This document shows positions 45,981-58,925 of a stretch of 64,000 nucleotides of DNA, one piece after another. Both the position numbers and the translations under genes were made by a program. Numbering within the stretch: the first letter of the stretch is position 1; each line of letters opens with the position of its first letter. The stretch lies in assembly GCA_965249315.1 (NCBI GenBank), contig OZ252225.1:1065951-1129950 (forward strand), in the 5' to 3' direction. The notes under the pieces are model-generated. The model ran no database searches, was not told the DNA's origin, and saw only the letters and a program-made list of their open reading frames with translations. This stretch comes from Dehalococcoidia bacterium. Its GTDB lineage: Bacteria > Chloroflexota > Dehalococcoidia > Lucifugimonadales > UBA1127.

Positions 45981-46020
45981 CCGGCACGCCCGAGAGGCTC
46001 ACGAGCGGAACAAGCCGCGG

Positions 46021-46719
46021 CTAGGTCAGGCTGAACGGCGGATACCGGTCGGTCCATCCGATGAGCCACGCGTTGGTCCGGTAGGACCAGCGTTGGATGC
46101 CGACCACCAGATCGAATAGCCCACGGGGATACCTGCCGGTTATCAGCACAGCCCAGTAGCCGATGTAGACAACCGCGAGGGAAACCATGCCCAGTAGGGA
46201 CAGGATAATCATGTGGGGGAGCAGCAGAAGACCCTTGATGAAAACCACTCCCAGCAGGGCCAGCAGCCGAGACGGGGCATCCGGATAGTCCACGCCGAGC
46301 CTGACAGGGTATTCTTCCGTCCCTAGAGAGAAGGGGGGATATCTGTCGGTCACACCGTTCATCCACGAGTCCGTTCTTGTGGACCATCGCTGGACGCCAA
46401 CGGTGAAGGCGAACAGTCCTCGAGGATAGCTGCCCGTTACGAGCACCACCACGTACGCCACGTAGAAGGCGACGAAGGAGAGAATAGCCAGAACGAGCAG
46501 ACAGAGGATGTGCGGGAGGAGCAGCAGTCCCTTGAGCCAGAAGAGGGCCCCCAATAGCGCCAGCAACCTGGACGGGGACTCCGGATATTCAGCATCGAAC
46601 CGCACAGGGTAATCGCCCACTGTGGTCCCTCCTTGCTCATCGTCGCCCCGCTGGAAACGCCCGTTCCGGGGAAGCGCACGATTAGACAGGCGCGGCGTTC
46701 GCTCCCGGCTGTCGCGCAT
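46021..46719 (-). CDS. DUF4389-like membrane protein with two tandem copies of the domain
   Basis: There are two ~95-aa repeats: YPVRFDAEYPESPSRLLALLGALFWLKGLLLLPHI...GSYPRGLFAFTVGVQRWSTRT..W....TDRYPPFSL and YPVRLGVDYPDAPSRLLALLGVVFIKGLLLLPHM...GRYPRGLFDLVVGIQRWSYRTNAW....TDRYPPFSL. The start codon is uncertain. Confidence 0.7.
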   Translation of the reverse strand: MRDSRERTPRLSNRALPRNGRFQRGDDEQGGTTVGDYPVRFDAEYPESPSRLLALLGALFWLKGLLLLPHILCLLVLAILSFVAFYVAYVVVLVTGSYPRGLFAFTVGVQRWSTRTDSWMNGVTDRYPPFSLGTEEYPVRLGVDYPDAPSRLLALLGVVFIKGLLLLPHMIILSLLGMVSLAVVYIGYWAVLITGRYPRGLFDLVVGIQRWSYRTNAWLIGWTDRYPPFSLT

Positions 46720-46748
46720 TGTACCGGTGAAAGTCTACCACCGAACAG

Positions 46749-46777
46749 TTGCGCCGCGGCGCGCACAGGGATAGAAT
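46749..46777 (+). promoter_or_regulatory. Sigma-70-like promoter upstream of the amino-acid binding protein gene
   Basis: TTGCGC (46749-46754), a 17-nt spacer, then TAGAAT (46772-46777). Confidence 0.45.
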
Positions 46778-46853
46778 ACCCGCGTTTGCAAGGCACGACG
46801 CCTCGCACGCGAGAGCGCCGCGTAAGCGGAATGGAAGGATGAAGGAGTTGGGA

Positions 46854-47933
46854 ATGAAGCAACTCCAGTGGGTCCTGATGACGGTCTTCTTGGCGATCAG
46901 CGCATTGGCGCTGGTCGGCTGTGGGGACGATGGCGAGGAGAGCGAGACGAGTTCTCGACTTGACACCGTGAAGGAGCGGGGCACGGTCATCTGCGCCAGC
47001 CGGAACGACGTTCCCGGCTACGGCTCCCTGGACGCGAACGGCAACAACGTCGGGTTCGACATTGATCTGTGCCGCGCCCTCGCGGCCGCTGTCCTGGGCA
47101 ACCCCAACTCCATCGAGATCCGCCTCATCAGTGCTGCCGAGCGGGGACCGACCGTCCAGTCCGGCGAGGTGGACATGCTGGTCCGCACGGTCACCTGGAC
47201 CACCTCCAGGGACGCCCAGTGGGGCAACTACGCCCAGACCATGTTCTATGACGGTCAGGGCTTCATGGTGCGGAAGGACCTGGGGATCACCAGCGCCCTG
47301 GAACTGCAAGACGCCAGCGTCTGCGTGACCCAGGGCACTACGACGGAGCTGAACCTGCAGGACTTCTCGAACCAGAACAACCTGAACATCGCCCCGCTGA
47401 CCTTTGAGGACACCGACGCGGTGGTTGCCGCCTATGAGAGCGGGCAGTGCGACGCCTTCACCAACGACCGATCCCAGCTTGCAGCGCTCGGCACCGCACT
47501 GCAGAACCGCGACGACCACGCGATCCTGCCTGAAACCATCTCCGAGGAGCCCCTGGGCCCCGTGGTGCCTCATGGCGACGACCAGTGGTTCGACATCGTC
47601 AAGACGGTGATGGGCATCCTGATCTACTCCGAGGCGTACAGCGTGGGCCAGGCCAATGTGCCGACGTCACTGACCGGCGACACAAAGGTGGACCGGCTCT
47701 TCGGTCTTGAAGGCTTTGAGGGCGCCTTTGGCCAGGAGACTTTGGGCCTGAGTGACACCGTTGCGCAGGACGTAATCAGGGGCGTGGGCAACTACGGCGA
47801 GATCTACAACCGCAACCTGGGCCCGGGCGGAATCAACCTGCCGCGAGAGAACGGCCGAAACGCCCTCTGGGATTCCGCAACCTGCACGGACTGCCCCAAG
47901 GGCGGCCAGATCTATTCGGCGCCCCTGCGGTAA
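46854..47933 (+). CDS. General L-amino acid ABC transporter substrate-binding lipoprotein (AapJ/BztA-like)
   Basis: ATG 46854 is 8 nt after AAGGAG. It has a lipobox LALVGCG and family-3 SBP motifs: GTVICASRNDVPGYG, GFDIDLCRALAAAV, DMLVRTVTWT. Confidence 0.85.
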   Translation: MKQLQWVLMTVFLAISALALVGCGDDGEESETSSRLDTVKERGTVICASRNDVPGYGSLDANGNNVGFDIDLCRALAAAVLGNPNSIEIRLISAAERGPTVQSGEVDMLVRTVTWTTSRDAQWGNYAQTMFYDGQGFMVRKDLGITSALELQDASVCVTQGTTTELNLQDFSNQNNLNIAPLTFEDTDAVVAAYESGQCDAFTNDRSQLAALGTALQNRDDHAILPETISEEPLGPVVPHGDDQWFDIVKTVMGILIYSEAYSVGQANVPTSLTGDTKVDRLFGLEGFEGAFGQETLGLSDTVAQDVIRGVGNYGEIYNRNLGPGGINLPRENGRNALWDSATCTDCPKGGQIYSAPLR

Positions 47934-47954
47934 CGCCCCGCTAACACTGAAGCT

Positions 47955-47998
47955 ACAAAAGGGAACGGCCGGCTCGGAAGCTGGCCGTTCCCTTTTGT
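47955..47998. terminator. Strong (bidirectional) intrinsic terminator hairpin
   Basis: ACAAAAGGGAACGGCCGG / CTGGCCGTTCCCTTTTGT form a ~17-bp stem with A-run and T-run flanks. Confidence 0.75.
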
Positions 47999-48099
47999 AT
48001 GTCGGAACGTGCGCACAATAGGGCCTCCTGCCTGCGGGCACACTGCACGTGGATTAGTGATAGAATCTGGCCGCGCGCGGAGGCGAAGCCCAAGTAGCC

Positions 48100-49302
48100 A
48101 TGTTCAGAACTCTGGCCAGCAACCTCACCTATCAGGGCATTCCGGTCTGGCGACACGTCCAGGTCCTTCAATGGACCTCGCAGATTGTGTCTGCCATTGT
48201 GGTGGTGGTCCTGGTCCTCTGGTTCTTCGCCAACATCGGAAGTGCCATCCAGGACCGGGACATCCCCTACGGCTTCGATTTCCTCACCCGCGCCTACCAG
48301 ACGCCTATCGGCCAGCACTTCCTCCCCTACGAGTCCTCAGACACGTTTCGCTACGCTCTGGTTGTTGCAGCCGCCAACACCTTGATCGTCGCCGTCGTCG
48401 GCATCATCCTGGCGATCGCGCTGGGCATTGTTGTCGGCGTTGGCCGGCTGTCCCGCAACTGGCTAGTGGCGAGGATTGCCACGGTCTACGTCGAGTTCTT
48501 TCGCAACGTTCCCCTGCTGGTCCAGCTCTTCTTCTGGTTCTACATCTTTCTGGCCCTCCCGACGGTACGGGAGAGCTATGTCTTTGCCGATAGCATCTAT
48601 GTAAACAACGGCGGAGTCTCACTGCCCTGGCCGACTGCGACCGGAGGAGGCGCAGGACTGTGGCTGGCACTGGCAGCCCTGGGAGCTGTGATGGGCGTCA
48701 TCGTCCACCGCGGGCGCAGCCGCCGAGAGGCCGCGACAGGGCAAACTTCCTCGCCCCTGCTCTACGGCATCGGCGCGTTCGCGTTGGTGGCCCTCGTCGG
48801 GTGGGGTGTGACGTGGGTTGCCTTCGGCGATTCGCCCCTGAGCATATCGCAGCCCGCCCCGGAGGGGGCCTTCAGCCGCATTTCCGGCGGCTTCACCGCC
48901 AGCGCGGGCCTGCTGGCACTGTTGGTGGGCCTGGTCATCTATACCTCTTCCTTTATCGCCGAGATCGTGCGCGCCGGGATCCAGTCCGTGGGACGGGGCC
49001 AGACGGAGGCGGGTCACGCCCTTGGCCTCTCATCCATGAGCGTGCTGCGCCAAGTAACTTTTCCCCAAGCCCTGCGCGTCATCATCCCCCCCCTGATCAG
49101 TCAATGCCTCAATCTGACCAAGAACAGCAGCCTCGCAGGCGCCATCGGCTATTCCGACTTGACCAACGTTGCGAAGACCATGACGCAGACAGCTCCAGCG
49201 GTCTCCATCTTCATCATCATCATGGTGGTCTATCTTGCGATGAGCCTCACCTGGTCGCTCATTGGCAATCTCTACAACCGCCGCATCCGGTTCGAGGGCT
49301 AG
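48100..49302 (+). CDS. Amino acid ABC transporter permease (AapQ/BztB-like)
   Basis: 400-aa polytopic protein with the His/Glu/Gln/Arg-type permease EAA region: GQTEAGHALGLSSMSVLRQVTFPQALRVIIPPL. Confidence 0.85.
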   Translation: MFRTLASNLTYQGIPVWRHVQVLQWTSQIVSAIVVVVLVLWFFANIGSAIQDRDIPYGFDFLTRAYQTPIGQHFLPYESSDTFRYALVVAAANTLIVAVVGIILAIALGIVVGVGRLSRNWLVARIATVYVEFFRNVPLLVQLFFWFYIFLALPTVRESYVFADSIYVNNGGVSLPWPTATGGGAGLWLALAALGAVMGVIVHRGRSRREAATGQTSSPLLYGIGAFALVALVGWGVTWVAFGDSPLSISQPAPEGAFSRISGGFTASAGLLALLVGLVIYTSSFIAEIVRAGIQSVGRGQTEAGHALGLSSMSVLRQVTFPQALRVIIPPLISQCLNLTKNSSLAGAIGYSDLTNVAKTMTQTAPAVSIFIIIMVVYLAMSLTWSLIGNLYNRRIRFEG

Positions 49303-49305
49303 ACG

Positions 49306-50553
49306 ATGGCAACTGAGCCCCACACGGCCCCCGCGCCCCTCCCACCGCCGCGCTCCGAGGTGGGCCTGGTAGGCTGGGCCTACGCCAACCTCTTCAGCTC
49401 CTGGCAGAACAGCCTGCTCACCCTCGCTACCGGGGCAGCTCTTGTGCTGGGGCTGTGGTTTGGCCTGCGGTGGGTCTTCCTGAGCGCCGACTGGACCATC
49501 ATCTCCCGAATCGGGGGCTTCTTCTTCATCGGCCAGTACAACACCGACGGCGCCTGTCCGGGCAACGACTGTTTCTGGAGGCCGCAGGCAGCCCTGCTGA
49601 TGGTCACCACGCTGCTTGGGATGGCCTGGATGGTCGCCGGAGGAGGCGTCGCCAAGCGAATCGCTCTCGCGGTCGCGATCGTTTCCGCAGCCCTCGCCTT
49701 CCTCCCTTACGACATGGAGCGGATGGGGCTGGACGTGCGACTGCTGCTTCTTGCCAACCCGCCGGCTTTGGCCTTGGGGTGGGCGCTGGCCCGCTACACG
49801 TCCCTGGGGACTGCACGCAACGTCGCCATCCTGGGGATCCTCGCCTTCCTACTCACACTTCTGCTGCTGAGAGGGCTGGAAGGGGTCCCGGGCTTGCAGC
49901 CCGTGGCCGTCACGGACTGGGGCGGCCTGATGCTCAATCTGCTGTTGGCTATCAGCGGCATCACCCTCAGCCTGCCCATCGGCATTGCGCTGGCGCTAGG
50001 ACGCCGGAGCCACCTCCCGGTGGTAAAAGTCCTGTGCGTGGTGTTCATCGAGGTGTTCCGGGGCGTGCCGCTGATCACCCTGCTATTCATGTCCCAGGTG
50101 CTTGTGCCACTAGCCTTCCCAGAGGACTTCCCGCTGAACTCCGTGCTCCGCGCCGCAATCGTCATCACCTTGTTCAGCTCCGCTTACATGGCGGAGAACA
50201 TCCGCGGGGGACTCCAGGCGCTGCACCCCGGCCAGGCGGAGGCTGCACGCGCGCTAGGGCTTCCCAGCTGGCAGACCACCCTGCTCATCTCCCTGCCGCA
50301 GGCCATCCGCAACGTGATTCCCGCCATAGTGGGCCAGTTCATCTCACTCTTTAAAGACACCAGCCTCGTCTACATCATCGGCATGCTGGACATCATCGAG
50401 TTCAGCCGGGCGTTCATCCAGGGGAACCCCGAGTACCTGGCCCGCGCCAAGGAGGTCTTCATCTTCCTAGCGCTGGTCTTCTGGATCTTCTGCTTCGGCA
50501 TGTCTTACGTCAGCAGACAGGTGGAGAAGCACTTGGGGGTCGGTCGTCGATAA
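49306..50553 (+). CDS. Amino acid ABC transporter permease (AapM/BztC-like)
   Basis: 415-aa polytopic protein with the EAA region [33 protein letters not shown]. Confidence 0.85.
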   Translation: MATEPHTAPAPLPPPRSEVGLVGWAYANLFSSWQNSLLTLATGAALVLGLWFGLRWVFLSADWTIISRIGGFFFIGQYNTDGACPGNDCFWRPQAALLMVTTLLGMAWMVAGGGVAKRIALAVAIVSAALAFLPYDMERMGLDVRLLLLANPPALALGWALARYTSLGTARNVAILGILAFLLTLLLLRGLEGVPGLQPVAVTDWGGLMLNLLLAISGITLSLPIGIALALGRRSHLPVVKVLCVVFIEVFRGVPLITLLFMSQVLVPLAFPEDFPLNSVLRAAIVITLFSSAYMAENIRGGLQALHPGQAEAARALGLPSWQTTLLISLPQAIRNVIPAIVGQFISLFKDTSLVYIIGMLDIIEFSRAFIQGNPEYLARAKEVFIFLALVFWIFCFGMSYVSRQVEKHLGVGRR

Positions 50554-50603
50554 CGGCAGCTATAATGCCAGCAAGTGCCGGTAGGAGGCATGAGGGGGAA
50601 CGT

Positions 50604-51365
<762 letters not shown>

Positions 51366-51472
51366 ATGCGAGCCTTCGTCAGCGTTGAGGGCCCCGACCG
51401 AGCGTCGTGACCGGGCCGCGCGGACGTGGTGGAACCTCCAGGGGCCCGTGGGCACAAGCAGTTCCCAATCGC

Positions 51473-51501
51473 TTGACGGAGAATCGGCGCGGGTATAGAA
51501 T
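51473..51501 (+). promoter_or_regulatory. Sigma-70-like promoter of the 23S rRNA transcription unit
   Basis: TTGACG (51473-51478), a 17-nt spacer, then TAGAAT (51496-51501), about 140 nt upstream of the mature 23S 5' end. Confidence 0.5.
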
Positions 51502-51640
51502 ATCCCTCTGCATCTATGAACATGCCGTGAACAGAGCAGCGCGGAACAACCCGGCGAGGCGGTCCGGGCTTCCGGGCCGCCTCGGTGCATTCTAGAGGCA
51601 GCGCACCTTAACAGGAGAAGAAGGAGCACTAGGTCCTGTA

Positions 51641-54640
<3,000 letters not shown>

Positions 54641-54671
54641 GGACCTATGGCTCCTTCTTTCCTGACACCGA

Positions 54672-54746
<75 letters not shown>

Positions 54747-54755
54747 GAAACCAAT

Positions 54756-54785
54756 GAAGACACCCCCGAATGCGGGGGTGTCTTC
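54756..54785. terminator. Perfect hairpin terminator shared by the rRNA/tRNA unit and the convergent RraA-like gene
   Basis: GAAGACACCCCCG-AAT-GCGGGGGTGTCTTC, a 13-bp perfect stem. Confidence 0.7.
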
Positions 54786-54814
54786 GCGTCCGGTGTTATG
54801 TCACGCGTTGGGCC

Positions 54815-55513
54815 TCAACGGCCCTGCGGGCGGCGGAAGACGGAGAGGGGCGTGCCAGCGGCGTCCATCTCGCGCCGGACCTCGGAGAGCCTTCGGCCGG
54901 CAGCAAGCTGGCTTCGGGCGTAGTCCTCCCCCTCCTCCATCGCCTGGCACGTGGCCAGGTACGCGCGCGCCTCATCCGGCGTGGCGATGAGCACACCGTC
55001 GTCGTCCGCCAGGACCAGGTCGCCGGGGTTGACCCGGACGCCGCCGACTTCGACCGGCACGTTCAACGCCCCCTGGGGCTCTCTGCTCTGCCGCGGGACG
55101 GCGCTCAGGAGGGCCGGAGAGGAACCCCAGCAGAAGACCGGGAACCCCATCGACTCCAACGCTCGGGCGTCGGCCATGAGCGCGTCGACCACCATGCCGA
55201 CGATGCCGTACTCCTGGGCGTTGCGCAGGGTGAACTCGCCTGTGATGGCGTGGCGGGGGTCTCTGCCTGTGGCCACCACCAACACATCCCCCGGCAGTGC
55301 GATGGCCACGGCCTCGTTCACGGCGGCGTACAGGTCCCTGGCCGTCTCGATCGTGAGAGCAGGGCCTATCAGCTTCACCGGCCACCACAGGGCGCGGATG
55401 CTCGGGTCCATGGCCGTCTCCAACGCGTGGCCGAGGGTGGCCGGGGCGATGGAGCGGTAGGCCTCGACGATACTGCGACTCAGCGTGTCAGGCCGCGGAT
55501 GTACGGTGATCAC
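54815..55513 (-). CDS. RraA-family protein, second paralog, with C-terminal extension
   Basis: 232 aa and colinear with 15151-15807: APATLGHALE, GDVLVVATG, ITGEF, GMVVDALMAD, VNPGDLVLADDDGVLI. Confidence 0.8.
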   Translation of the reverse strand: MITVHPRPDTLSRSIVEAYRSIAPATLGHALETAMDPSIRALWWPVKLIGPALTIETARDLYAAVNEAVAIALPGDVLVVATGRDPRHAITGEFTLRNAQEYGIVGMVVDALMADARALESMGFPVFCWGSSPALLSAVPRQSREPQGALNVPVEVGGVRVNPGDLVLADDDGVLIATPDEARAYLATCQAMEEGEDYARSQLAAGRRLSEVRREMDAAGTPLSVFRRPQGR

Positions 55514-55670
55514 GGCATCCTCCGAAGAAAGCGTTGCTGCCCCTGGAGTCTAGGGAGGCGGCTGGTCCGCTGTCAAAGCTGATGCACGTGCCCCGGCTCC
55601 CGCTTCCCTTGACAGGGACGGGCGTCTTCCCCAAGCTTGTGGCACGTTCGCAGCGAAGGAGCAGAACACA

Positions 55671-56435
55671 ATGTACAAGACCGATATGTACGAAGGCATG
55701 CTGGCGGAGACGGTCAGCGTACAGGGGCACAACGGCGACGACGTCTACGCCTACTTCGCCCGACCCCTCGGCGCCGGCCCCTTCCCCGGCGTGGTGCTGG
55801 TGCACCACATGCCCGGCTGGGACGAGTGGTACCGGGAGGCCACTCGCCGCTTCGCCCATCACGGCTACCTGGCCATCTGCCCCAACCTGTACCAGCGGGT
55901 GGGGCACGGCGCCCCCGAGGACGTGGCCGCGCGGGTGCGCTCCCAGGGCGGCGTCCCGGACGACGCGGTCGTGGCGGACCTGGAGGCGGGGATGCGCTAC
56001 CTCCGAGCACTGCCCAACCTCAACGGCAAGGTGGGGATCTTCGGCACCTGCTCCGGCGGACGGCACGGCTACCTGGCCGCCTGCCGCGTTGAAGGATTCG
56101 ACGCTTTGGTGGACTGCTGGGGAGGGCGCGTGGTCATGTCCCAGGAGGAGCTCAGCGACAATCAGCCCGTGGCCCCCATCGACTACACGGCGGACCTGCC
56201 GTGCCCCATCCTGGGCCTCTTCGGCGAGGAGGACCAGAGCCCAACGCCGGCCCAGGTGGCCACCCACGAGCAGGAGCTCAGGAAGCACGGCAAGGAGTAC
56301 GAGTTCCACATGTATCCCAAAGCGGGCCACGGCTTCTTCTACTACGACCGGTCCGCCTACCGCCAGGAGCAGGCCGTGGACGGCTGGAAAAAGCTCTTCG
56401 CGTTCCTGGAGAAGCACCTAAGCAGCGCCGGGTAG
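55671..56435 (+). CDS. Dienelactone hydrolase family protein
   Basis: 254 aa. The ATG is 9 nt after AAGGAG. Motifs: GVVLVHHMPGWDEW, a nucleophile-elbow-like GIFGTCSGG, and a C-terminal GHGFF. Confidence 0.8.
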   Translation: MYKTDMYEGMLAETVSVQGHNGDDVYAYFARPLGAGPFPGVVLVHHMPGWDEWYREATRRFAHHGYLAICPNLYQRVGHGAPEDVAARVRSQGGVPDDAVVADLEAGMRYLRALPNLNGKVGIFGTCSGGRHGYLAACRVEGFDALVDCWGGRVVMSQEELSDNQPVAPIDYTADLPCPILGLFGEEDQSPTPAQVATHEQELRKHGKEYEFHMYPKAGHGFFYYDRSAYRQEQAVDGWKKLFAFLEKHLSSAG

Positions 56436-56465
56436 CCAACGCCACCATCGAGAGGAGATTCAGCT

Positions 56466-56729
56466 ATGTGCACGATGATCGTCGAGCAGGCGCTGGTGGC
56501 GGGAAGTGGCAAGGGCCGCGACGGCTGGTTCCCCCTCCAGAAGGCTACGGTCTCCTACGACCACCCCTTCCACGCGCCCTTGGACCACGCCATCAACATC
56601 GACTTCGTCAATGAGGCGGAGGGGATGGACGCCAGGGTGGCGGTGGAGCTCACGCCGGAGTCGGCGCGGGCGCTGGTCCAGGCCATCACGGACGCCCTGG
56701 AGCGCGGCGACAAGAGCGGAGTGAGGTAG
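56466..56729 (+). CDS. Small conserved hypothetical protein
   Basis: 87-aa ORF. The ATG is 8 nt after GAGGAG. I recognise no family motif with confidence. Confidence 0.5.
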   Translation: MCTMIVEQALVAGSGKGRDGWFPLQKATVSYDHPFHAPLDHAINIDFVNEAEGMDARVAVELTPESARALVQAITDALERGDKSGVR

Positions 56730-56731
56730 CG

Positions 56732-57889
56732 TCACTCCAGGGCGTTGTGGCCGGTGATGTCCCGTCCCAGGATGAGGGTGTGGATGTCGTAGGTGCCCTC
56801 GTAGGTGTCCACAGTCTCCAGGTTCAGCATGTGGCGAATGGCGGCGAACTCCACAGTGATGCCGCTCGCCCCCAGGATGTCCCGGGCCGACCGGGCGCCC
56901 TTCAGTGCGGCCCGAACGTTCTCCCGCTTGGCTACGGACACGTGGAGGTGGCTCATGTTCCCCTGGTCCTTGAGCTTGCCCAACCGCCACGCCATGAGGA
57001 GCCCCTTGGTGTGGTCCGCGAGCATGTCCACGAGCTTGGCCTGGACCAACTGCCGGGCGGCGATGGGCTTGCCGAAGGTGGTGCGGTGCTGGGCGAAGTC
57101 CAAGGCCTCCTCGTAGACGGCCTCCAGAGCCCCCAGGGCGCCCCAGGCGATGCCGTAACGGGCCTGGGTGAGGCATGACAGGGGGGCGCGCAGTCCCTGG
57201 GCCTTGGGAAGGACCTGGGTCATTGGGACCCGGGCATCGTCCAGCACCAGCTCGCTGGTCACAGAGGCCCGCAGGCTCATCTTGTGCTTGATCTCGTTGG
57301 CCTGGAAGCCCGGAGTGTCGGTGGGGACCAGCACCCCGCGAACGACGTCCTCGTCATCCTTCGCCCAGACCAGGGCCACGTCCGCGTTGTTGCCGTTGCT
57401 GATCCACATCTTGGTGCCGGAGAGGACACAGGAGTCGCCGTCGCGACGCATCCTTGTCCGCATGGCCATGGGATCGGAGCCGCCCTCGTGCTCGGTGAGG
57501 CCGAAGCAGCCCACCATCTCCCCCGACGCCAGCTTGGGGAGGTAGTGGCGCTTCTGCTCCTCGGAGCCGTACTCGAAGATGGGGTACATGACCAGGCCGC
57601 TCTGAACGCTCGACAAGCTTCGTAGGCCCGAGTCGGCCCGTTCCAACTCGTACATGAGCAGACCGTAGGCGACGCTGCTGACGCCGCCGCCGCCGTACTC
57701 CGTGGGCAGCGTGGCGCCGAAGAAGCCCATCTGGCCAAAGGTGGGCACCAGGAAGCTGGGCACCACTCCCTCCTCCCACCAGGCCCCGATGTTGGGGTGC
57801 ACCTCCGCTTCCAGGAACTCGCGGGCCACCCTCTGGGTCTGTCGCTCCTCCTCCGTTAACAGCTCGGAGACGAGATACCTATCCAGCAT
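56732..57889 (-). CDS. Acyl-CoA dehydrogenase (glutaryl-CoA dehydrogenase-like)
   Basis: 385 aa: GCFGLTEHEGGSDP, KMWISNG, the C-terminal ...TYEGTYDIHTLILGRDITG, typical of the GcdH subgroup. Confidence 0.85.
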   Translation of the reverse strand: MLDRYLVSELLTEEERQTQRVAREFLEAEVHPNIGAWWEEGVVPSFLVPTFGQMGFFGATLPTEYGGGGVSSVAYGLLMYELERADSGLRSLSSVQSGLVMYPIFEYGSEEQKRHYLPKLASGEMVGCFGLTEHEGGSDPMAMRTRMRRDGDSCVLSGTKMWISNGNNADVALVWAKDDEDVVRGVLVPTDTPGFQANEIKHKMSLRASVTSELVLDDARVPMTQVLPKAQGLRAPLSCLTQARYGIAWGALGALEAVYEEALDFAQHRTTFGKPIAARQLVQAKLVDMLADHTKGLLMAWRLGKLKDQGNMSHLHVSVAKRENVRAALKGARSARDILGASGITVEFAAIRHMLNLETVDTYEGTYDIHTLILGRDITGHNALE

Positions 57890-57963
57890 GAGACCTCCTC
57901 GCGGGGTGACCTTCGTGGTTGTAGCGGCGGGCCGTGCTCATAGGACGACGGCCGAAATCCACC

Positions 57964-58791
57964 TCAGGCGGACTGCGGCGCAAAGAGCTGGTGCCCCTTG
58001 GAGTGCAGGTAGTGGGAGGCGATGAAGCGCAGGGGCTTGGTCGCGGTGGTGAAGTTCTCGCCCAGGAGCCCCAGGACTCCGGTGAGCTCCAGCGCCCGAG
58101 CCGCGGGGTGCTCGGCCGCGAGCTCGTAGAAGCGCTGGCCCTCCTGCACGTACTCCTCCAGGCTCCGTCGCGCCCGGGCCGCCGGAGTGGGGCCGAGCTT
58201 GCCGGGCAGGCGGCTACTGGCGGAGTGCGGGAAGAGACCGGAGACGAAGAGACAGACGTCGGCGATGCGCTTATAGAAGGCAAAGCGCTGCTCCGGCTCC
58301 GCCGCGCTGCACAGGCGGACCAGGGAATCGATGTCCATGTCGCTTGTGCGGACCCTTCGCCAGATGCCGCGCCGTACCCGCACGGCCGTCACCGAGACGC
58401 GTATGCGAGTGAAGGAGGAGAGCATGTCCGCAAGGTAGCCCACCACGCCGCGGCGGGCAAGCAACTCCACCACAGCGGAGGTGTCGAACACGGGGATGGT
58501 CCCGGCCCGGTCGTACTCCAGGGTGTAGACGGCCTGCTCCAGGTCCACCAGGGCCCGACGCAGGAGGACTTCGAAGTAGAGGGCCGGCGAGATGCGCAGG
58601 AAGACCTCTTCGTCGGTCATGACCCGTACAAAGACCCGCTCGTCGCCCACCAGCGCCCTGCGGAACGCCTCGTCCTCGCGGATGAGGCGCTTCAGGTGCT
58701 CGGTGTCGGCCGCGTCCGGCGCCGCTTCGCGGACCACGAAGTCCAAGTCCGCCTCTGAAAGTCCAACGCGCTGGGATCCGTGGTCCAACAT
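57964..58791 (-). CDS. Hypothetical protein (no recognised domain)
   Basis: 275 aa from ATG 58791, with GGAGGAG 10 nt upstream. The longer track start at 58917 would cover the divergent pntAA start. The protein is predicted soluble and helical-looking. Confidence 0.55.
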   Translation of the reverse strand: MLDHGSQRVGLSEADLDFVVREAAPDAADTEHLKRLIREDEAFRRALVGDERVFVRVMTDEEVFLRISPALYFEVLLRRALVDLEQAVYTLEYDRAGTIPVFDTSAVVELLARRGVVGYLADMLSSFTRIRVSVTAVRVRRGIWRRVRTSDMDIDSLVRLCSAAEPEQRFAFYKRIADVCLFVSGLFPHSASSRLPGKLGPTPAARARRSLEEYVQEGQRFYELAAEHPAARALELTGVLGLLGENFTTATKPLRFIASHYLHSKGHQLFAPQSA

Positions 58792-58925
58792 CGCTCTTGC
58801 GCTCCTCCACGGGCCGTACTCCACTGTAGCATCAAACGGCCTATCGGGTGTAGAGGATAGGGGATGTGTGATAGAGTTAGAGAGATGCAGGGACCCAGAC
58901 ATTCCCCGTGGGGACACGCGTGAGC

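Noticed and set aside
45981-46020. Absence of a glnK/glnB (PII) gene after amt, considered as an anomaly.
   Set aside because: Amt genes without an adjacent PII gene are common enough, and nothing in the 40-nt convergent gap suggests a lost gene. This is not reportable on sequence evidence alone.
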